Origin: the human T2T-CHM13v2.0 reference genome, Homo sapiens
Strand: one strand, 5' to 3'
DNA length: 64,000 nucleotides
Assembly: GCF_009914755.1 (NCBI RefSeq)
Contig: NC_060931.1
Shown here: positions 1 through 17,387 of the stretch, in pieces
Layout: each line of letters begins with the position of its first letter
Numbering within the stretch: the first letter of the stretch is position 1
Program-made: the position numbers and the translations under genes
The notes under the pieces: generated by a model
Seen by the model: only the letters and a program-made list of their open reading frames with translations
Told to the model about the DNA's origin: nothing
Database searches by the model: none

Positions 1-556
1 AAAAAAAAAAAAAAAGAAAATCTCTACTTTATAATCACCACTTTATCAAGGACAAGGATCATCAACAGATGCTAAAATCACTGGGTAAAAGGCTGTTAAG
101 GAAACAGGACATAAAGGGAAAATCATGAAGAAATCCAGTTGCTATCAACTTAACCAAGTGATCCTATTTTATTATATATTACCGACAAAGAGACAAAGCA
201 GCATCACGTATCTCCTGATGTGATACACTGAAAAGGACATGCCACCACCCATGTTGTATTCTTGCCAGAAAATAATATTTAAACGGAATCTAACAGTAAC
301 AAAATGATCAAACAAATCTGAATTTTCAAAACAACAGCCTCATCTCTTCAAAATGTAAATGTCATAAAAGAAAACAAAACAAAAAATCCCACAAAACCCA
401 CACTATCCAAATGGTTTCGATTTAAGGAGACAACAGAAGCACAAGTAAATGCAATATGTGATACCTGATTGGATCCTGCATCAATAAAAGAAAAAAAAAG
501 CACTACAAGGGTCAGTATTGGGTCAACTGGGGAAATGTGAATATGAACACCCATAG

Positions 557-891
<335 letters not shown>

Positions 892-1593
892 CATATTGTA
901 GTTATAAAGGAAGATGTCTTGGTCTTAGGAGATGCATGTGAAATATTCAGGAATGAAGTGGAATGATGCCTGCAACTTCCTTTCAAATGATTCAGCAAAA
1001 AAGTGTGCATGAGAGAGAGAATATGAGGGCCTGGTTTTTCACTACTGGAGAAAGTTACAAATACGAAAAGTGGGGAGGACAGAATAAACTGTATAGCTGG
1101 ACTGGAACTAGAAGTAACATTATAAACTCATGGTTTTTTAAAAACATAGAATAACACATATAGATGTGTGTGTGTACATATATCTGTGTATATGTCCATA
1201 CAAATATTTCCTAGAGGACCTGGAGTAATGATACCTCAATAATAACAGTGTGCCCAGTGCCCAGATAATAATTTCTAAGTATCATTCTCCATTAAAAGGA
1301 ATCAGGGCTCTTAGAGAAACAGACTGACTCTGGAGCTAGCCAGGGAAAACACAAAATGAGCCTGACCTATTTTGTGGTGCTAGAAAGGTGGCGCGGGCAG
1401 GGGGATTAGCTCAAAGAATGATAGTGTCATGTCAAAAGAACAGAGAAGTCAGCTTACAGAGGATCCCACTAGCCCAATCTGAGACAATCAAATCGTCAAC
1501 ATAAGTGAATGATTAGGGAGAAGAAACCTTTATCTTACAGAATACCAACAAATAAATGTAAAAGGCAGCTGCACAATAATGTAAATGTACTTA

Positions 1594-1931
<338 letters not shown>

Positions 1932-2109
1932 GGCTAATATTGTAAATTTTATGTATACTGTATTACAGTAAAAAAAAAAAAGGAAAAATGTTAAAGGAAT
2001 AAACATAGAAGAAATGATGAAATTGGAAAGCTCCATGACAACCAACATAGTAATAATTTTGAAAATAATCTTAAAAGGATGTTAGAACTAGTAAGTCAAA
2101 GTTTGATGG

Positions 2110-2389
<280 letters not shown>

Positions 2390-2499
2390 GTTTGATGGGG
2401 ACCAAATAACTATATAGTTTTAGATCAGTAGCTTCCCACAAAATACTTATTAATCATTTATTAATTTGCACAAAATACTTAATTTTCGAAAACCCATGG

Positions 2500-3070
2500 G
2501 TATAGAAGGGCTAAAAGTATAGGGATAGAGATAGATATACCAGCCAGATACTAACCAAAAGGAAATTAATATAGATGTGTCAATGTCAGACAAAATAGAC
2601 TTTAAGGCAAAAAGCCTAAGAGATAAAGATAAGTGGCATAATTCACCAGAATGATATTCACAATTCTGAATTTACATGCATTTAACGTAATCTCGTATGT
2701 ATACTTAGCAAATCTGACAGAATTGCAAGAAAACATTTAATGGAAGACAATCAACGGGAGCTTTTGGCACACTTTCTTAATAACCAATAGATAAAGCAGA
2801 TAAAAATTAGTAAGATAAAGTATTTAAGAATACCATCAAGAAGTGTGACAGTGAACAAATATAGAGCCCCAAATTTAGAGACTCTGCATTCTGTTCAATA
2901 TACCAAAGCCATTTACAGAAAAGTGATCACATAGTAGACCTAAAAGCAAGTCTCAAACAAACAAACACAAAATTGATAGGTACAGATCAGATTCTCTAAC
3001 CACAGTAAAATTAACTTAGGAGAAAAAAAAGGTAACCAAGCCTTTTCAGGCTTGAAAATTAAAAGCAACA
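2500..3070 (+). mobile_element. Old L1 (L1M) ORF2 endonuclease-region remnant
   Basis: tcagacaaaatagactttaaggcaaaaag and neighbouring A-rich motifs resemble the L1 ORF2 5' region. Confidence 0.6.
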
Positions 3071-3918
3071 CCAATAACACTTCCAAACAATAATAATATT
3101 ACTTCTAAATAGCTCCTACTGGGATAAAGAATAAAAGTGAAGTCAGAAAATATCTGGGTATTACAAAGATGTGCCAAGGATACATAGGTTCTTTGTATTA
3201 TACTCTGTATTAAAGTTTCAGTAGACTCAAAATATTTCAAATTTTTTTCAAAAAGCATGTATCAAAAATAAGAAGATAGTATTGACTGGTTTCTGTAACA
3301 TCTGTGGCACTTTCAGGCAAAATGAAATTAGAAATCACTGGTGAGACTCCAAGCGACACAAAGAGTCATGGTCCAATAACCGGCTTCCTCGCCACAGCTG
3401 AGTATTAGCGCCTAATATGCTTTCGTGAAAGTTCCTGACGGGGGAAAAATCATTACTCAGTTCAATAACCTAATTTGGTTTCAAATAATTGACTCTGTAA
3501 TAATCAAATTCACCCCAAACAGATTAAGATTTGCTAACACTCTTTCCCAAGGTAAACTATAGGCTTTCAGGAAATACTAAAACGCAAGTTTTAAAATGTT
3601 ATGAAAAACAGCAGCGCTTCTCGAGTAAATACATGTTCTCTCTTTCAGCCTGCTCTGCCACACCAACCTTCCAAAAGACTACTTGAAAAGAGACAGCTAT
3701 AATTTGAGTAAGTTCACTACGCACTGCTTCAAAACATTATTTTGTAGCCTCAACTTTAAATAGAAATTGTAACTTACATTATACGAAAAAGCTTTCAATC
3801 TTATTGTAGGTTTGAGATTTCTTAGTTTAGCTATATTTCACTTCCTAAATTTAGTGAACTTAATTCTAACTGCATAAAATAATGTTACATATAAAGTAAA
3901 ACAAAACATGCTAAGCTA

Positions 3919-4218
<300 letters not shown>

Positions 4219-4659
4219 CTATACAAAATAAAAGATCTTTACTTTATTTTTCTTTAATTGAAATTCATTTTGTTTTGGTTTTTGACTTAAGTAAAACACC
4301 TAGTAGAATGGCGAAAATCCACAATACTGACAACATCAAACGCTGATGAGGTTGTGGAACAACAGAATCTCTCATTCTTTGCTGGTGGGAATGCAAAATG
4401 ATACAGCCACTTTGAAACAGTCTGGCTGTTTCTTACAAAAGTAAATATTATCTTACCATACGAACTAGTAATTGTGCTCCTTAGTATTACCCAAGGAGTT
4501 GAAAACTTACGGCCACACACAAACCTGTATGTTTATGGCAGCTTTATTCCTAATGGCCAAAACTTGAAAGCAACCAAGATGCCCTTCAGTAGGTGAACGA
4601 GTAAATAAACTGGCAAAATTAGGTAATGGAGTATTAGCACTAAAAAGAAGTGAGCTATT

Positions 4660-4950
4660 GCTGGGCACGGTGGCTCACACCTATAATCCCAGCACTTTTG
4701 GAGGCTGAGGTGGGCGGATCACCTGAGGTCGGTGACCAGCCTGACCAACATGGAGAAACCCTGTGTCTACTTAAAATACAAAATTAGCTGGGCGTGGTGG
4801 TGCATGCCTATAATCCCAGCTACTCGGGAGGCTGAGGCAGGAGAATCGCTTAAACCCCGGGAGGCGGAGGTTGTGGCGAGCCAAGATCGCGCGACTGCAC
4901 TCCAGCCTGGACAATAAAAGCGAAACTCCATCTCAAAAGAAAAAAAAAAA
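4660..4950 (+). mobile_element. Alu (AluS)
   Basis: Dimer, TSD aagtgagctat. Confidence 0.9.
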
Positions 4951-5311
4951 AGTGAGCTATCAAGCTACGAAAAGACATAAAGCAATCTTAAATGCATATT
5001 GTTAAGTGAAAGAAGCCAATCCGAAAAGCTACACGGGTATGATTCTAAGTACATGACGTTCTAGAAAAGGCAAAACTATGGCGGCAATTAAAAAAAAACA
5101 CTGGTTAACAGGAATTTGGAGGAAAAGATGAATGAATAAATGGTGCAGTTTCATTCTGTATGATACTATAATTGTGAACATGTCATTACACATTTGTCCA
5201 AACCCATAGAACGTACAACACCAAGAGTGAACCCTAATGTAAACTATGCACTTTGGGTGATAATGACGTGTCAATGCAGGTTCATCAGCTGTAAGAAATA
5301 AACCACTGTGA

Positions 5312-5731
<420 letters not shown>

Positions 5732-7904
5732 TCAAAAAAAAAAAAGGTAACTCATGGAGCCCAGGAGTTAGAGGCTATGGTGAGCCACGACTGTGCCACT
5801 GCATTCCAGCCTGGGTGATAAAGAGCAAGACCCTATCTCTTAAAAAAACAAGTAACACATGCATATTTTTAAAAATAGAAAGTATAAACATCTGTAACTT
5901 TGCCACCCAGAGATAATATAATCCTTTTTCATATTTTATGTATTTTAAAATCTCTAAAATATACATAGCTTTGTCAATGTTACAATGAAGATAGCTGTAC
6001 ATAAATCTTTGACTGAATTTCTGATGGCTTCTTTAACAGATGCCTAAAACTGAAATTATTTGGTGAAAGCATATTAACATTTACTTGATATACAAGAATT
6101 TTAAAAATTGGACATTTAATTTGCATTTCCCTATATTTATGACATTGAACACTTAAAAAATACAATTACTGGTCACTTGGATTACTTATTTTATTTAAAT
6201 GTTTACTCAAGTACATTTATAATATTTTTCTATTGGGGTCTTATTATCACTTCGTATTAGTTTGCAATAAGTTAAAGATTAACCAGTCTTGTAATTGTTA
6301 AATGCTGTTTGAAAATAAAAAGGTTAATCCTCTTCCACACAGATTTCTCTTTTATTTTTAAAATTAACATATTACATAATTATATACACTATATCTGGGC
6401 TATTATTGCATTAATTGGCCTATTTTTGCTTACGGGCCATAATATTTTACTTATTAAGTTTTAATGTCTATGGGGAAGTATCCTGTTACTCAAAATTTTC
6501 TTGGCTCATTTGTTTTTCTTTATTAACTTTAAAATCAATGAGTAACTTGCATAAATCTATTCTTTAAAAATGGTAGACTGGGACTGATTAGAATTGCATA
6601 CACCTTATACATTAGCATGTAGGGAGAAAATCTTTATAACAGTATCTTTTTATCCAAGAACATTTCATCCCTCTTCATCTAGCATCTCTTATTATTTCTT
6701 GGCAATATTTTGGCCCCACTTTACTTCTAAAGCTCAATCTTGGAATCTTATGTTTTTTAATCAATTATGAAAGGAATTTTGAAACTCCTATTGGATCTAA
6801 TTGAATAATGCTGGCATATATATGACTGTAAGCTATTGATTTTGGATATTTACTGTGTATCCAGCCACTTAACCAAAGTTTTTAATATTAAAATGGATGT
6901 TTTTAGGAAACAGCTTTTCGAACTTTAGGTTTTAAATGAACTCTTGAATATAATGTATTAATAGAATTCTTGCATTGTTAGGATAAATTTTACCTGGTCA
7001 TCAATTATTCCTTAAAAGTTATTTGGAAAAAAAAAAAAGTTGTTAATTTCTGTGAATTCAAACCATTATTTAATTTACAACTTTCACATTGTCCTATTTG
7101 TTTTTATGTTTTTTCGGTTTGTTTTTTACAGATCCCAGGGAGAACTATTTTGTGCTTTAAGTTTTATTACATTCTGTAAAGTGAAATAGGTAGTGGTGTT
7201 CTCATCTTTTCTGCATTTGGTAATAATTCATATTGAATACCAAGTATTTAGGCAGTCATTATATATGTTAGGCAATGTGCTAATTACACTTAATATATAC
7301 ATTGTCTTATTTTATCTTTTCAATAACAGGTACATATGATTACTATATTCGCCTTATGAGTTTAGGTAACTTGCTGAAGATCACACCAGGATTTCAATCC
7401 TGTTTTCTAACTCAAGTTTATGTTAACATGTTGTTTTACTGGATTAGAATTAGCTGTTCATACCCCAGCAAAATATTAATAACTTTTAGAAGATGGGTAA
7501 AAGATACACAGGAGTTTACTATATTAAAACTGGTCTCTTCACTTTTGTGAGTTTGAGATTTTCCATAATAAAAAGTCTATAAAGTAACTGTTTCTTCAAA
7601 GTTTAAAAGAACTCAATAATAAAACTTAAGGGCCCTACAGTCTTCTGGGGATGTATTCGATATATTGTTTTTAAATTTTCCCTCTCATTTTGGTTTTCTA
7701 CTTCTTAGCCAATTTTTGGCTTTTTTTTTTTTCCAAGAAAAGTAATGTATTTCATTAACTTTTCTAAGTTATTAGTTTGGTTCAACAGACACTGATGTAG
7801 GTAGCATCTATATTCCATATATTGTGCTAAGGAAACAAAGATGAATAAAAACATAATCCTGTGCTCAAGAGGGTTACAGTCTAGAGGGAAAAAAGTGAAC
7901 ATTA

Positions 7905-8236
7905 TTATAGACTGAATGTCTGTGTCTTCCCCAAATTCATATGTTGAAGCCCTAACCCCCAATGTGGCTGTTTTTGAAGTAAAGGGGTAATTAACCTAAG
8001 TGAGGTCATTGGAGTGGGGCCTTGTTCTGACAGGCTCAGTGCCATATGAAGAGATACCAGAAAGGCCATGGCAGGGCAAAGTGGCTGTCCGTAAACTACA
8101 AAGAGCCCTTACCAGAAACCAAACTAGCAGGGACCTTGATCTTAGACTTCTAGCATTCAGAACTATGAGAAAATAATTTCTGTCAGGCCACAAAGCCTGT
8201 GGCATTTTTTAATGGCAGCCCAAGCAGACTAATACA
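7905..8236 (+). mobile_element. MaLR LTR (MLT1A/MST-like)
   Basis: tatagactgaatgt...aattcatatgttgaagccctaaccccc start; ends gcagactaataca. Confidence 0.75.
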
Positions 8237-8289
8237 AGCAATTATTTTAAAATACTATGCTTTGTTTGGTATATCATTATGCAAATATT

Positions 8290-9000
8290 CTAAGGTGGGA
8301 ATGTAAGATGGCATAGTGGCTACAAACCATGGTATGGGGCCAGGTGTGGTGGCTCATGCCTGTAATCCCAGCACTTTGGGAGGCTGAGGCAGGAAGATTG
8401 CTTGAGTCTAGAAGTTTGAGACCAACCCAGGCAACATAGCAAGACCCCATCTCTACCAAAACAAACAAACACCACACAGTGTTTCCTCAAAAAATTAAAA
8501 ATTGATACATAAACTCTACTTCTTGATATATACCCAGAACTGAAAGCAGGGACTCAAACAGATAAGCTGTACAGCCATGTACACTGCAGCATTCGCTATT
8601 CCCAAAAGCCAAAAGGTGGAAGCCATCAACATATGAGTGGATAAACAAAATGTGGTGTATACATACAATGGAATATTATTCAGCCTTAAAAAGGAAGGGA
8701 ATTATAACACATGCTGCAACATGGATGAACTCTGAGGACATTACGCTAGTGAAATAGGCCAGTTAAAGGACAAATACTGTATGATTCCACTTACATGATG
8801 TACTTACAGTATCAAATTCAGAGACAGAACAGTGGTTGCCAGAGACTTAGGGGGTGGAAAAAGAGAGTTAATTGTTCAGTAGGCACATTGTTTCAGTGGG
8901 GAGATGATAAGTTCTAGAGACGGATGATGGTGACAGCTGCACAATTTGAATGCATTTAATGCTACTGAACTATGCACTTAAAAATGGTATGTTTTATCAT
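8290..9000 (+). mobile_element. L1MB-type 3' end containing an Alu monomer (8338-8473)
   Basis: ggataaacaaaatgtggtgtatacatacaatggaatattattcagcc motif. Confidence 0.75.
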
Positions 9001-9309
9001 CATTAAACAAAGGATGATATTAAGAGTGTTTTCAGCAGACAGAATAACTTAAAAAGATCAGTAACAACACAGACACATGAAACATTATGGTAATAGCTAT
9101 TCTCTGCTCTTACCATAAAATGTAAAAATATTCATTTTGGTTTACACTTCTCTGTATCCTTTTCTAAATCTTCCATTTCAATTTCTCCTTAAGTCTATGT
9201 CTTATTTGCTCTGCTGATTTGACAGATTTGTCTATTTTATGGGATTTCCCATGCACACAGAAAAAAGCTCTTAGATAACAGTTCATTAACATTTGCTTTT
9301 ATCATTTTA

Positions 9310-9630
9310 AAAATAGCTTTATTGAGATATAAATTCACATACCACACAATTCACTCATGTAAAGTGCACAACTCAATGTTTTAGTATATTCACAGGATTA
9401 TACAGCCATCACAATCAATTTCAGAACATTCTTGTTCTTCCACTAAAATCAATCCCCTTTTCTCCTTCCTTCCCACCCCAACTTTAGATAACCACTAATC
9501 TTCCTGTCTTTATAGATTTGCCCATTCTGAACATTTCATGTAACTAGAATCATATAATATGTGGTCTTTTGTGACTGGTTTCTTTCATTAGCATAGTGTT
9601 TTCAGGACTCATCCATGTTGTACCATACAC
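9310..9630 (-). mobile_element. L1M 3' end fragment
   Basis: tttattgagatataaattcacatac... is a reverse L1M terminus. Confidence 0.6.
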
Positions 9631-9669
9631 CTATCATTTTTTCTGTATCCTCCTTGTTGTACTCTCCTA

Positions 9670-10039
<370 letters not shown>

Positions 10040-10604
10040 TTAAGGTTAAGAATTTACCACTGCAAATAGCTTTTACTATATTCATAAATTCTGATACTGA
10101 AGCATTCTTGTTTTCCTAATTTTAATTTAACCTAATATTTTGGTGAGTATTTTTAAACATTTTAGTGGTGTTTTTCAAACCTTTATTTTTAATTTCTAGT
10201 TTTATTTTTGTTTTGGTCAGAAAATACAATGTGTACAATTTCATGAACATCTCAAATAGAAAGGTACAATATTCAATAGTATTCTTATGGAGGTTGTCTT
10301 ATTAAATTTTACTGTTCCAATCTTTTGTGTCCTTATTTGTTGCCTACTTTATCAGACATTGATAATGCTAAAGTCTTCCAATACAATTGTGTTTATTGAT
10401 TTCATGTTTCTAAAGGTTTTTGTTTTACATTTTATGATGCTGTATTATTCAATATACAGGGATTGTGAATCTAACTATTATTTTATTATTTCTTCCATCA
10501 ACTTAAAATGACCTTTTGTCTCATATAATTCTTCCTCCTCTAAAGTTATTCATTGTTAATACTACCACCTTATTTTTATGCTTTCCTGATATGCCTTTGT
10601 CACC

Positions 10605-10912
10605 TTTTTTATTTTTTTATTTTTTTTTTGAGACAGAGTCTTGCTGTGTCGCCCAGGCTGGAGTGCAGCGAGCCATCTCGGCTCACTGAAAGCTCCGCCT
10701 TCCTGGTTCACGCCATTCTCCTGCCTCAGCCTCCCGAGTAGCTGCGACTACAGGCGCCCGCCACCACACCTGGCTAATTTTTTGTATTTTGTTTAGTAGA
10801 GACAGGGTTTCAACATGTTAGCCAGGATGGTCTTGATCTCCTGACCTTGTGACCCGCCTGCCTCGGCCTCCCAAAGTGCTGGGATTACAGGCGTGACCCG
10901 CTGCGCCCAGCC
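10605..10912 (-). mobile_element. Alu (AluY/Sc-like)
   Basis: Reverse dimer, TSD gtcaccttt. Confidence 0.9.
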
Positions 10913-12237
10913 GTCACCTTTACTTTCTTTTGATAATTTCCTGACATATCTTTTAAGATTTTAAAAAAAGAAAGATTACTAAGGTAAAAAAAACTCAATT
11001 CATTATTTTTTCCCTCTAACTTATAAATACAAAGATGTACAAGGCAGAAGAAATGACTGGAAAAGAGTGGGTACAAAGGGAGAGTTAACATAAGAAAAAA
11101 ATTATTTCTTTAAAAATAAAAATTATATTTTGGTGGTGTCACTTCTTTTGTACAAATAGAACATAAGCTATGATTTATCTGTTTTTGAAGCAAAAATGCA
11201 ATAGTATTTAACATTTTTTGTTAACTCTTCTAACAGTCAGTCCACAATGAAACTGCTACACACAGCACTAAAAACACAGCAAGTGAACAGAATCACCCCG
11301 AAAAAGACAAATCACATGTAATTCAAAGGAGGCTCCAAGTCAATCAAGGTAAAAATAATTTATAATATTGGGACAACTAGTTATCAATTTTAGCAAAAAA
11401 CAAAAATGAGAAAATTATCATCTTATATTATGGTGGGGAGGGGAATCAATTCTGAAAGTAAGAAAATTTCTAAATTTAAAAACAGAGCAAACCACAAGGA
11501 GATAAACAGATAGGACTATTAAACATTTAAAGTTTCTCTCTCTCTCTATATATATATATTAAACTCTATAATTAAACAGCAACCCAAGAAAAAAAATCAG
11601 AGGATACAGACCCAAAAGACAAGCGAGTAAAGCACGAGAACTTCCTGATTTAGCTATGCGGCTTTGAAATAAATGTATGTTAAAAGTTACGATAGACTAT
11701 TGTCATGTTTCTTATTAGCAGAGATTTATTTTTTTAAAAAATTAACTTGATGGTCAACAGTGTGGTAAAACAAACACTCTTCTACATTTCTGTGACAATG
11801 TAAATTGGTACAATTCTTTTGGATCGACACTCCCATCCCAAATTTATCAATAATTTTATGTACAGGGCTATTTAGTATACATTAAAAAGTTTTTTTATAA
11901 ATGAAAATGACTTAAACATTCAAGAGTAAATTATGGTATATCCATTAGATGAGTATTAAATAGCCATTAAACAGATTATTTTTGTGTGGCAGGACTATAA
12001 TAATTTTCCTTCTGTTTTACTTTTCCAATTTTCTATAAGGATCATATAGTATCATCTTGTGAAAAATTATTTTTAAAAGTCACATTTACCTATGAGTTAT
12101 TAATTTTCACTACATATATACTTTCTCATAAAAATTTAACTTGTACAAAATTTTCAAAATTCTATTACCTGCCAAAATTAATTTTAATATTGGATAACCA
12201 GTAGTATGGAATTTCATTACAAAGAAATGTGTAAATG

Positions 12238-12570
<333 letters not shown>

Positions 12571-13203
12571 CTAGCAGCTACAGAGATGTTAGTCGAACAC
12601 AGTAGCGACAGCATCTGAAATGACCACTCTTCTTTCAACGCCCCCTTATATTAATAGTTTTATGCTTCAAGAAGGAGTCAAAATTTCAATTTGTCAATCC
12701 TGTTTCTATTAATCCTAAAAATTAGAACAAAATTTCACATTACTGTGGGAGTGGAAATGAAGGTTCCTACTATTCCATGGAAAGCGTCCATATTCAAGAA
12801 TCATTTGTACTCATTGGAAAAAAAAAAGAAACTATGTGACAATCTCAGCTTTTAGCTTAGAAGACACTCCAACATGATAAACCACACTAAAACTCTAAAA
12901 AGGTATACAAAGGCCTCACATGAAGAAGGAAAGCAAGAGGGAAAACAGGAGTAAAAGCAACTAAAGTAAAAAATTATCCTTGTTTCAACTTGTTTTAAAG
13001 ACAGCTGAAAGATCGTAGATGGTGCACTAAGTTTGTTATCTCTGTAAATGCTAATTTTTTCTCTTTCATTTTAAGATGTTGTGTTTAAGATATTATGTTC
13101 TATTCTCGGTTTTTAAATGGGTGTTCTGGGCAAATCAACTCTCAGTTTGCTCACTGATAAGTTTTGACTCATTAGATGATTTTTAGTATACCTCTCAATT
13201 CTA

Positions 13204-13545
<342 letters not shown>

Positions 13546-13844
13546 TTAAGCAACTAAGTCTTTCTCTTAAGGGAAAAAAGTTAACAGAGTTACTTGGTTG
13601 TTAAATCACAGAATGTATTATTACCAAAGGACACAAATTACGTGTTTACCATTTCCAGAGTGCAAAATTAGAAACTGGTTTCAACTCAGCAAGTTAGTCA
13701 TTTAATTTTAATTGCACCTGAACAATGGAACAAACTTCCATGAAATAGCTGAATGTATACAAGTAGGAATGATAATCATTGGTCATAAGACAATTTATTG
13801 TATCCTGCTTAAGATAGCTGATGTCCCTTCCAGCTTTGAGTCTA

Positions 13845-14099
<255 letters not shown>

Positions 14100-14186
14100 C
14101 TATTGGAGAACACAAAAACCCTCTATACTTAGCAAACTAAAATTACCTTCTTATTCCTCATAAAAACTATAATTTAATGAATGTTA

Positions 14187-14520
<334 letters not shown>

Positions 14521-15177
14521 TCAAAATAGCACTAATCCTAGCAACCCTGTACAATAAATATTTTCACCTTCATTTTAAATATAAACCAACATTATTCAGA
14601 AGCCAAGTGACTCTTACAAGAGTAGAGAGTTAGTTAGTGAAGCCATGATTCTAACTGAGGTCTGCTGATTGCAAATCCCTTGCTCTCCCAACTTGGCACA
14701 CTATCTCCCTGTGAAAGACTTTAATGTGTATAGACTATGAAATTTACTTTAACATCCATAAAGACTCTTTATACCCAATGACTATGGAAGAGCAGACAAG
14801 AAGAGAGGAAAGAATGTGAAAACTGAGGAAGGCATCAATGGAGCAGAAATCTGGGCTGGTCTTGAAAAGTAAAAAGGTAGAGACACAGAAAGCGCATTTC
14901 AGGAGAGTAATAAAAACAAATCTCACTAACCTCTAAACTTATTTTTCTTCAGAGAACTCATAATTACCTGAAGTGTTATTAATCTGATTGTCTAACAGAA
15001 TGTTCCTTTCATAATAGCAGGGATTTACCTTGCTCCCTTTCTGCTGTATTCCCAGTTTTTACAACCCAGCAGGCAGTCAAATACTTGTTGAATAAGGAAA
15101 TGTATACTAAGCTGAATTAAACCTGAAGGCAGTTTTTTATTGGTAAATGTAAGTTACAGTGAAAATTACTTACTTAC

Positions 15178-15236
15178 CAATATACCAGAGGGGCCAGTAT
15201 GTCACATTGTAGTATGAACTAATCAATTTTCCAGTC
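15178..15236 (-). CDS. TMEM209: TMEM209 exon 3 (59 nt; TGKLISSYYNVTYWPLWYI)
   Basis: Acceptor ttttttcag|G, donor G|gtaagt; phase 2 in, phase 1 out, consistent with neighbours. Confidence 0.95.
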
Positions 15237-15362
15237 CTGAAAAAAAATTAGAAAGGCTTTCCAGTGAACCTAAAAACACCAAAAATCAAAAACAAACACA
15301 AAAACCTGTGGAACCAGCCACTGGCTTCTTAAAGTTTCACTTTTTTTGGACTGATTCACTTA

Positions 15363-15500
<138 letters not shown>

Positions 15501-15692
15501 CTATGAAAAAACAAAAAGCACAGGAATTAACCAGAAGAAACTATTGCTCCATTTAAAAACCAAATTTTGCATCCCTTATAAAGGTAACTGAAACCGCATA
15601 TACCTTCTCTCATCTTTAAAATGTTTTATCAAAACTTCTTCCATTTTAATATCAGTATATGAAAAGGGAACCCAAAATTATATGTAACTTAA

Positions 15693-16029
<337 letters not shown>

Positions 16030-16469
16030 GTGGCTGGTTATTTAAGAACAATTTAATACTTCCAATACATAAAAATGTCTTATTTTGTAATTTAAGGGTT
16101 ATGTCTAGAAATACTTTGTATTTTGTCTTTGGGGTATGTTACACGGACTAGGCAAAAGGCTAACTTCAGAAACTCAAAATGTCAAGTTTTGGGAGACTAT
16201 ATTCCATATCTGCTGTAAGTCATAAAGACTGTTGTACATCCTCATGCAGACGCCATTACTATCTAAACAACTCTGCACTTGGACAGCTGTACTCCAGGGC
16301 TCTCCCTTTTGTGTGTGGATAAAGGACAAGGATCCAAGTTTTAGAAGGGCACGTACTTATGATGGGGTGGTGAGCGGAGTAAGAGGGAGAGAGGGGAAAA
16401 CGTGCATTGTTTTGGTCCACATTTGGGATTTATAATTCCTCCTTTCTTCAGCTAGGCTCAACTCTTACA

Positions 16470-17030
16470 GACCGTGCAAAACTTGTTCCAGCGACAAGCA
16501 GTCGTATCCCACAGAGGACAGAGCAATAGCTTTCGCGCCACTCAGCCCCCGCGTCCCAATTTCCCAGTCCAGAGCTTCCCTCCCCGGCTCCTGGGCACGA
16601 ACTTCAGCAACCCTATTGCTTCTTTCTTCCCTTCCCCTAGAGAGGCGGAACGCCTAGCCACATCCCCCTTGGCTGAACCCAGGACAGATCAGCAGGCGCG
16701 GAACTCCCACAACCCGCGTAGATTCCAAGACAGGAAGCACAAACACGACCCCGAAAACGCACCATGTCCTCTGGCCGGAAAACGCAGGCTCGCGCCACTC
16801 TCTCTGGGCATGCGCAAAGCCAAGCTCAAGCGGGAGGCCACCGGCAAGCGGCTCTAAAGTTACCGGAAGAACTAGGTAGTCTCTTCTCGCGAGAAAGGGA
16901 GGGGTCGCAGGCCCAGGCGCTCGGAGCGTTACCAGGGAAACAGGTCTCGGTTTTGCGGCTCCCACTCAGCTGCGGGAGAAAGCTAAGCAGCAAAATTCAG
17001 ACCAGGCTCTGAACCCGCAGTAAAAAGTAA
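16470..17030. promoter_or_regulatory. CpG-island promoter of TMEM209
   Basis: High GC and CpG density; NRF1-like TGGGCATGCGCA 16805-16816; ETS CCGGAA at 16775 and 16863; palindrome TTCTCGCGAGAA 16884-16895 (BANP/ZBTB33-type motif). Confidence 0.9.
16763..16765 (-). CDS. TMEM209: TMEM209 exon 1 coding part (start ATG only)
   Basis: Minus strand reads gaggacATG|gtgcgt (GT donor at 16762-16761) inside the CpG island; joined to exon 2 it gives MMQGEAHP, the TMEM209 N-terminus as I recall it. Confidence 0.85.
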
Positions 17031-17233
17031 TAATTGTAACAAGCTGAATTTTGTATCTATTAATATAATTTTAGCTTCCCTAGGGCATTTATGGACTCAC
17101 ATGTGTAAACTGATTAAGTAGGGCGGCTCACCGTAGGATAGAGTGGCGTGATAAAGTGGCCAGACACCATCAGTGACAAAGCATTTCTTTCCCCTGTGTT
17201 AAAGTATCTATGTCAAGAGTCCTGACCCCATGT

Positions 17234-17387
17234 AATTTTTTTTTTGGTAGAGACAGGGTTTCGCCATGTTGGCCAGTCTGGTCTCGATTTCCTAACCTCA
17301 AGGGATCCGCCCGCCTCAGCCTCCCAAACGCCTGCTGGCCTCCCACCGCCTTTTGGGATTACAGGCGTGGCCCACCGCGCCCGGCCT
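17234..17387 (-). mobile_element. Alu left-arm fragment
   Basis: Reverse left monomer ending cgcgcccggcc. Confidence 0.8.

Noticed and set aside
16474-17012. ORFs of 82-127 aa over the CpG island
   Set aside because: Stop-poor GC-rich promoter sequence with no recognisable protein.
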